Shown here piece by piece: positions 63,321-64,000 of a stretch of DNA of 64,000 nucleotides. The notes beneath the pieces are model-generated. The model saw nothing but the letters and a program-made list of their open reading frames with translations. It was not told where the DNA came from and did no database searches. Made by a program: the position numbers and the translations under genes. How positions within the stretch are numbered: the stretch's first letter is position 1; each line of letters starts with the position of its first letter. The stretch is from Lama guanicoe (taxonomy: Eukaryota): assembly GCA_013239625.1 (NCBI GenBank), contig MU054323.1:10447186-10511185 (forward strand), written 5' to 3'.

Positions 63321-63683
63321 TGCTGTGGTCTGACAGTCCTCCATGTCCTCTCCCCACAAATTCATATGTTGAAACCTAACCCTGCAAATGTGATGGTATA
63401 CAGAGGTAGGAGGCAATTCAGTCCTGGGGGTAAAGCGCTCATGAGTGGGACTAGCGCTGTTACAAACGAAGCTCCAGGGAGCTCCCCTGCACCTTCCACC
63501 ATGTGAGGACACAGCGAGGAGGGACCAACTATGAACCAGGAAGAGAGCCCTCACCAGACATGACCATGCCAGCACCCTGGTCTTGAACTTCCAGCCTCCA
63601 AAACTGTGAGTAATAAACTTCTACTGTTTATAGTCACCCAATCAGTGGTATTTTGTTACAGCAACCCAAATAAGGACTAAACT
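63321..63683 (+). mobile_element. MaLR solo LTR (MLT1A-like)
   Basis: TGCTGTGGTCTGA...AAATTCATATGTTGAAACCTAA...CCACCATGTGAGGACACAG...GAACTTCCAGCCTCCAAAACTGTGAG.AATAAA...GGTATTTTGTTACAGCAACCC...GACTAA. Confidence 0.88.
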
Positions 63684-64000
63684 TTCTTCCTCCTCCTCGT
63701 GGTTATTATAAAAATTAAGGGGAATGCAGGAAGGGAGGTGAGCCCCTATTCACGCTTGTCCCCCGCCAGCTGCCTCACTCTTCTCTGTCCTTTATGTGTT
63801 GGCACTTGGGAAGGAACCAGCCTTGAAACTGGATCCTTGACCACGAGTGGAGAGACAGGGCTGTGGCTGGATCATCACAAGACTGCAGGGCCAATGCCAT
63901 CCTGGGAACCCTAAAAGGGCTTCGCAGAGGAGGAGACATTGCACTGGGTGCTGAAGAATGAGGAAGGGCTTCACTGGTGGAGAAGGGGGTGGAGGGCAAT

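Noticed and set aside
1..64000. Remaining 60-145 aa ORFs of the six-frame track, and assignment of a host gene
   Set aside because: ORF lengths fit random expectation, many start at non-ATG codons or overlap repeats, and none matches a protein I recognise other than L1 remnants. The locus cannot be named without alignment.

Overview
Mammalian nuclear DNA, strongly CpG-depleted and dominated by repeats. It is most probably from a camelid: it carries a tRNA-Ala(AGC)-derived SINE of the Vic-1 type and a young cetartiodactyl-type L1. I see no recognisable host protein-coding exon, functional RNA gene, CRISPR array or prokaryotic system, so the window looks intronic or intergenic. The only long ORF (731 aa, minus strand) is the RT plus C-terminal part of ORF2 from a recent, 5'-truncated LINE-1. 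That L1 has a perfect 16-bp target-site duplication (TSD) and splits an old Charlie1-type hAT element. The rest is ancient L1M, L2, CR1/L3, MIR, MaLR/ERVL LTRs and hAT MITEs, with unique islands rich in homeodomain motifs (candidate enhancers). The most unusual item is a ~450-bp TSD-flanked chimeric retro-insertion at 36.1-36.6 kb, where an L1 fragment is fused to a non-L1, mRNA-3'-end-like segment with AATAAA and a decayed poly(A). Repeat subfamily names come from my recall of consensus sequences, and most boundaries are approximate. I do not find convincing evidence of a new biological system here.
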